The notes beneath the pieces were generated by a model. The model had not been told where the DNA came from, did no database searches, and saw only the letters and a list, made by a program, of their open reading frames with translations. A stretch of 64,000 nucleotides of DNA from Podarcis gaigeae (taxonomy: Eukaryota): the NCBI GenBank assembly GCA_964106915.2, contig OZ066924.1; one strand, given 5' to 3'. Positions within the stretch are counted from its first letter, which is position 1, and each line of letters begins with the position of its first letter. This document shows positions 60,931 through 64,000 of the stretch, piece by piece. The position numbers and the translations under genes are program-made.

Positions 60931-63104
60931 AGACTCTTCCTCCATATGCCTTCACAGAAGTAAACTCTACTAGTGGGACTTATTCCTAAGTAAATGCAGA
61001 TAGGAAAAGCACAGGCAAAAGAACAGGCACAAGATGCTTGTGAGACGCATGCAAGCAGGATCTGATCTAGAAAGAGGGTGGGGAACACTGCAGAGTTGCA
61101 CTTGGCTCAGTTACATTTTTGATATTACTGTCTATGCAGTCTTGTACACAATTCTGTTGTTTGCTGCTATTTTGTTATTTTTTACATGCTTTTGATATAC
61201 AATACTAAGAGTTTGGAAAGGTGACTTAAATGAATGAATTTTTTTTTACCATGCTTCAGATACTCCATTTACGCTTACAATTCCCAAATTTGTTTTTCTA
61301 TCCCTTAACTCTATCAACTCCAGATAGTGCTGGGAAACACTCTAGTCTGAAAGTTGTGAGAACTACTGCCAGTAAAGCTGAGATCCCCAACATGTTCACA
61401 GACACCCACCAGAACATGAGATGCTATGAAAGCAGGGGGGGGGGCAGGCAGCTATAGGTTTCTTTCCTGCTTTCCATGCTTAAAGAAATTCCTCCTTGCT
61501 CTGCGGCCCCTGCATGAAGTTTGAACATGCCTGCCACACCTCTGATCGGATGCCCTCCTTTCCATTCTCAAAGCTATCCAGGTAAGGAAGAAGTCAGCTC
61601 CGTCCATTGGGCTTTTTTCTTCCTCTATAAGAAAGGATTGCAAATCTTCTGTGAGATACTCTCCCCACAGGGCTCCATGATTCTGCCTGTTCATAAGGGG
61701 GTAGGGAGACAATAAAAGGATGCAACATTGTATGGGAGGGAACACTGTTGGCTGCCAAGATTATTCCTGCATCTCTCAGACTCATTGATGTCTTGATTTC
61801 TTGGATAGAGGTGATATAGGGCCGTTTCAGACAGAATAGGAAACCATGATCACCCAATACATGAACAAGCCTTGGCCTTAAGCACTCTCCCCTCCTTTTG
61901 CAACTGAAAGCTTCTGCTTCTACTTCTAAACTAACCACTTGTTCTCCATCATGCATGAACTCAGTGAGCTACATTTTTTTGAAGCTTTGGTTTCTGACCA
62001 AGCCACAATCTAAAACCACAAAAGTTCAATCATGTAATGATCTAGTATGAGAGTCTGAAATCCAAACATACATAGGGTTTAAATAACTTTATAAAAGGTA
62101 AGCAATCCCTTTGATATGATATTTAGCAATTTAAAAGTCTGTATTTTCTTCTACTGTCAAACTTTATGGTTGTTGTTTGTTAAAACTTTGTATGTAAGTC
62201 ACCAGAAACATTTTGTATTAGGAACAAATAAATCAAACAAAAAGTAATCATAATATACTAGCTAACTCCTAGTAGGAGCTACAGGTGTTGCCTGGGTGCC
62301 AGGATTATGCAAAGCTTCCATGATAGTTCTGAATGGCAAGCTATCAGTTCCCCTGTGCCTCAATGCCATACTGTCTCCTGCAGCTAATGTTTCTTTTAGG
62401 CCACCCCACTGACATATGCCCTAGAAACAAGGAGCCTCAGACAGCAAGGAATTCTTGCCTTCATTCCCTAATTAGTTGGACTGTTCAGTCTATAAACTAA
62501 ACCCAGTCCACTAGTTTCTGATTACAAATCGCAGCTGCTTTGGTGGAATGGGCTTCTGCATCAATAAAATATACTTTGATAGATCATGGGAGAACTGGAT
62601 TCCCCACCCCAACCCCCCGCTTTCCCAACTTCATGTGTCTCCCTTCATTCTCCACAATTTAACTACCCTCTGGTTACCTCAACACTGCAGTCTCCTGGCA
62701 AATATTGCTTGGAGCCAGTAGCAGTTGGTGAGGTGGCACAGACAGGACAATGCAGCTCACCTGCCTTCTAAACACTGGTGTCACTCCCAGTTCCTGAGAG
62801 GGGTGAGGTGCAGGCAGCTGAGGCAATGGCAGAGCCAATCCAATACTCCTGCCACCATGCCACACTGTACTAAGATCCCAAAGCTTCACTGCTCCCCCTC
62901 TCAGTTACTGGCAGTGACAAGGCAGGTGAGCAACACCACTCTATTTGTGCTACCCTGCTGACTTCTACTGCTTGGAGCTATGCATGCTCTCCAACCACTC
63001 CCTAGATAACAACACATACTGTAGCATCACAGACCCTCTTTTCCTTCACCCCATCTGGGTAAACCTTTTGGTATCACAATTTCTTCTAACAAACTAAACA
63101 TTAG

Positions 63105-63233
63105 CAGGACTGGCTAACCTGTGGCCGTTTCATATGTTGCTAAGTTACAGCTTCCATAATCCCTGAAGGCTGGCCATGCTGGCTGAAGTTAGCTGGGAAT
63201 GGAACATCCACAGACCACAGGTTAGCCACCCTG
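63105..63233. mobile_element. Palindromic hAT MITE, decayed
   Basis: TIR CAGGACTGGCTAACCTGTGG/CCACAGGTTAGCCACCCTG; no clear TSD. Confidence 0.7.
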
Positions 63234-64000
63234 ACTTAAAGAAACCAACACTCCTGAGTCCAGACTTAACAAGGAACTGCTGTTTATTTCAAGCAGAATA
63301 AAAGCTTTCCTTAGCCTTCTTCCGTACAGCTCATGAAGGCTCATACATGTAGCAGGAAACCAGGGACTTTCAACAGCCAAGCTAAATGTCTTACTCTTTA
63401 CAGTAACCTGCCCCTTTGACTTTCATGAGCATCTCTTCTAATATGAACAGCATTGTTTCCTGACTAGCTCAAAGAGTGAAATATTTATGAGATTAGATTG
63501 ATTTACACAATTTATGTTCATACTTGCAAAAATCATGTTCATGTTGCAAAATTAGCTTTCCATACTGGAACTGGCAGAACAACTGAATCCTCCGGTTAGA
63601 CCCAAATAATTGAATACGGTTCATTTATTGAATATTAAAATATACGTGCAATAAGAATTTAAAACTATGTATATAGGCAACCCCCAATTTGTTTGGGGGT
63701 TACACTCCTGGCCCCCATGTGTTTCAGCAGAGCACATGTAAGTCCACCCTGCCCCATTATGCCTCTTTATACCCCACCCAATGGGTTAGCCGGAGAGCAG
63801 GGTGGCAGCTGCCCCCCAAAATCAATCAAAATCAATACAAATCTGAGGTTCTGCCTCCCCCCTAACAAAAGCCTCCCCCCTAACAAAAGCCTGCCCCATG
63901 TCCCACCCCATTCTGTCCTTTTCTGGGTTCAATAGAACTCATACATCAGAGGTTGCATGTCAACTGAATGCATGCAAAATGGACCCCCATCTGCACTTTG

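Noticed and set aside
61452-61956. Minus-strand ORFs with ITSIQEIK, faintly like a LINE endonuclease motif
   Set aside because: Motif spacing is wrong and similarity is too weak to call
1-64000. CRISPR arrays, operons, rRNA, numts, NIPBL promoter CpG island
   Set aside because: None seen; this is eukaryotic intronic DNA, and exon 1 with its promoter lies beyond 64000

Overview
Vertebrate nuclear DNA. The repeat content (Sauria SINEs, L2/CR1/RTE LINEs, Tc1/mariner and hAT MITEs) points to a squamate, most likely a lacertid lizard (inference). The whole window lies inside NIPBL (Nipped-B-like/delangin, cohesin loader) on the minus strand. I traced 24 coding exons, numbered 2-25 by analogy to human, from the ATG at 47386 down to 1094. 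All introns are GT-AG and phase-consistent, giving 4896 nt = 1632 codons. Exon 1 lies beyond 64000 and exons 26+ lie below position 1. The remainder is intron with many transposon insertions and microsatellites. I found no second protein-coding gene and no evidence of a new protein-based system. The best leads are RNA- or chromatin-level: (1) a Penelope-derived minimal hammerhead ribozyme in sense orientation in intron 9; (2) inverted young SINEs bracketing exons 2-9, predicting a 1572-nt in-frame circRNA closed by a single TAG; (3) a 62-bp inverted repeat that is fully paired only in the pre-mRNA; (4) two uORFs in exon 2; (5) convergent CTCF-like motifs. All functional claims are untested inferences, and human comparisons are from memory.
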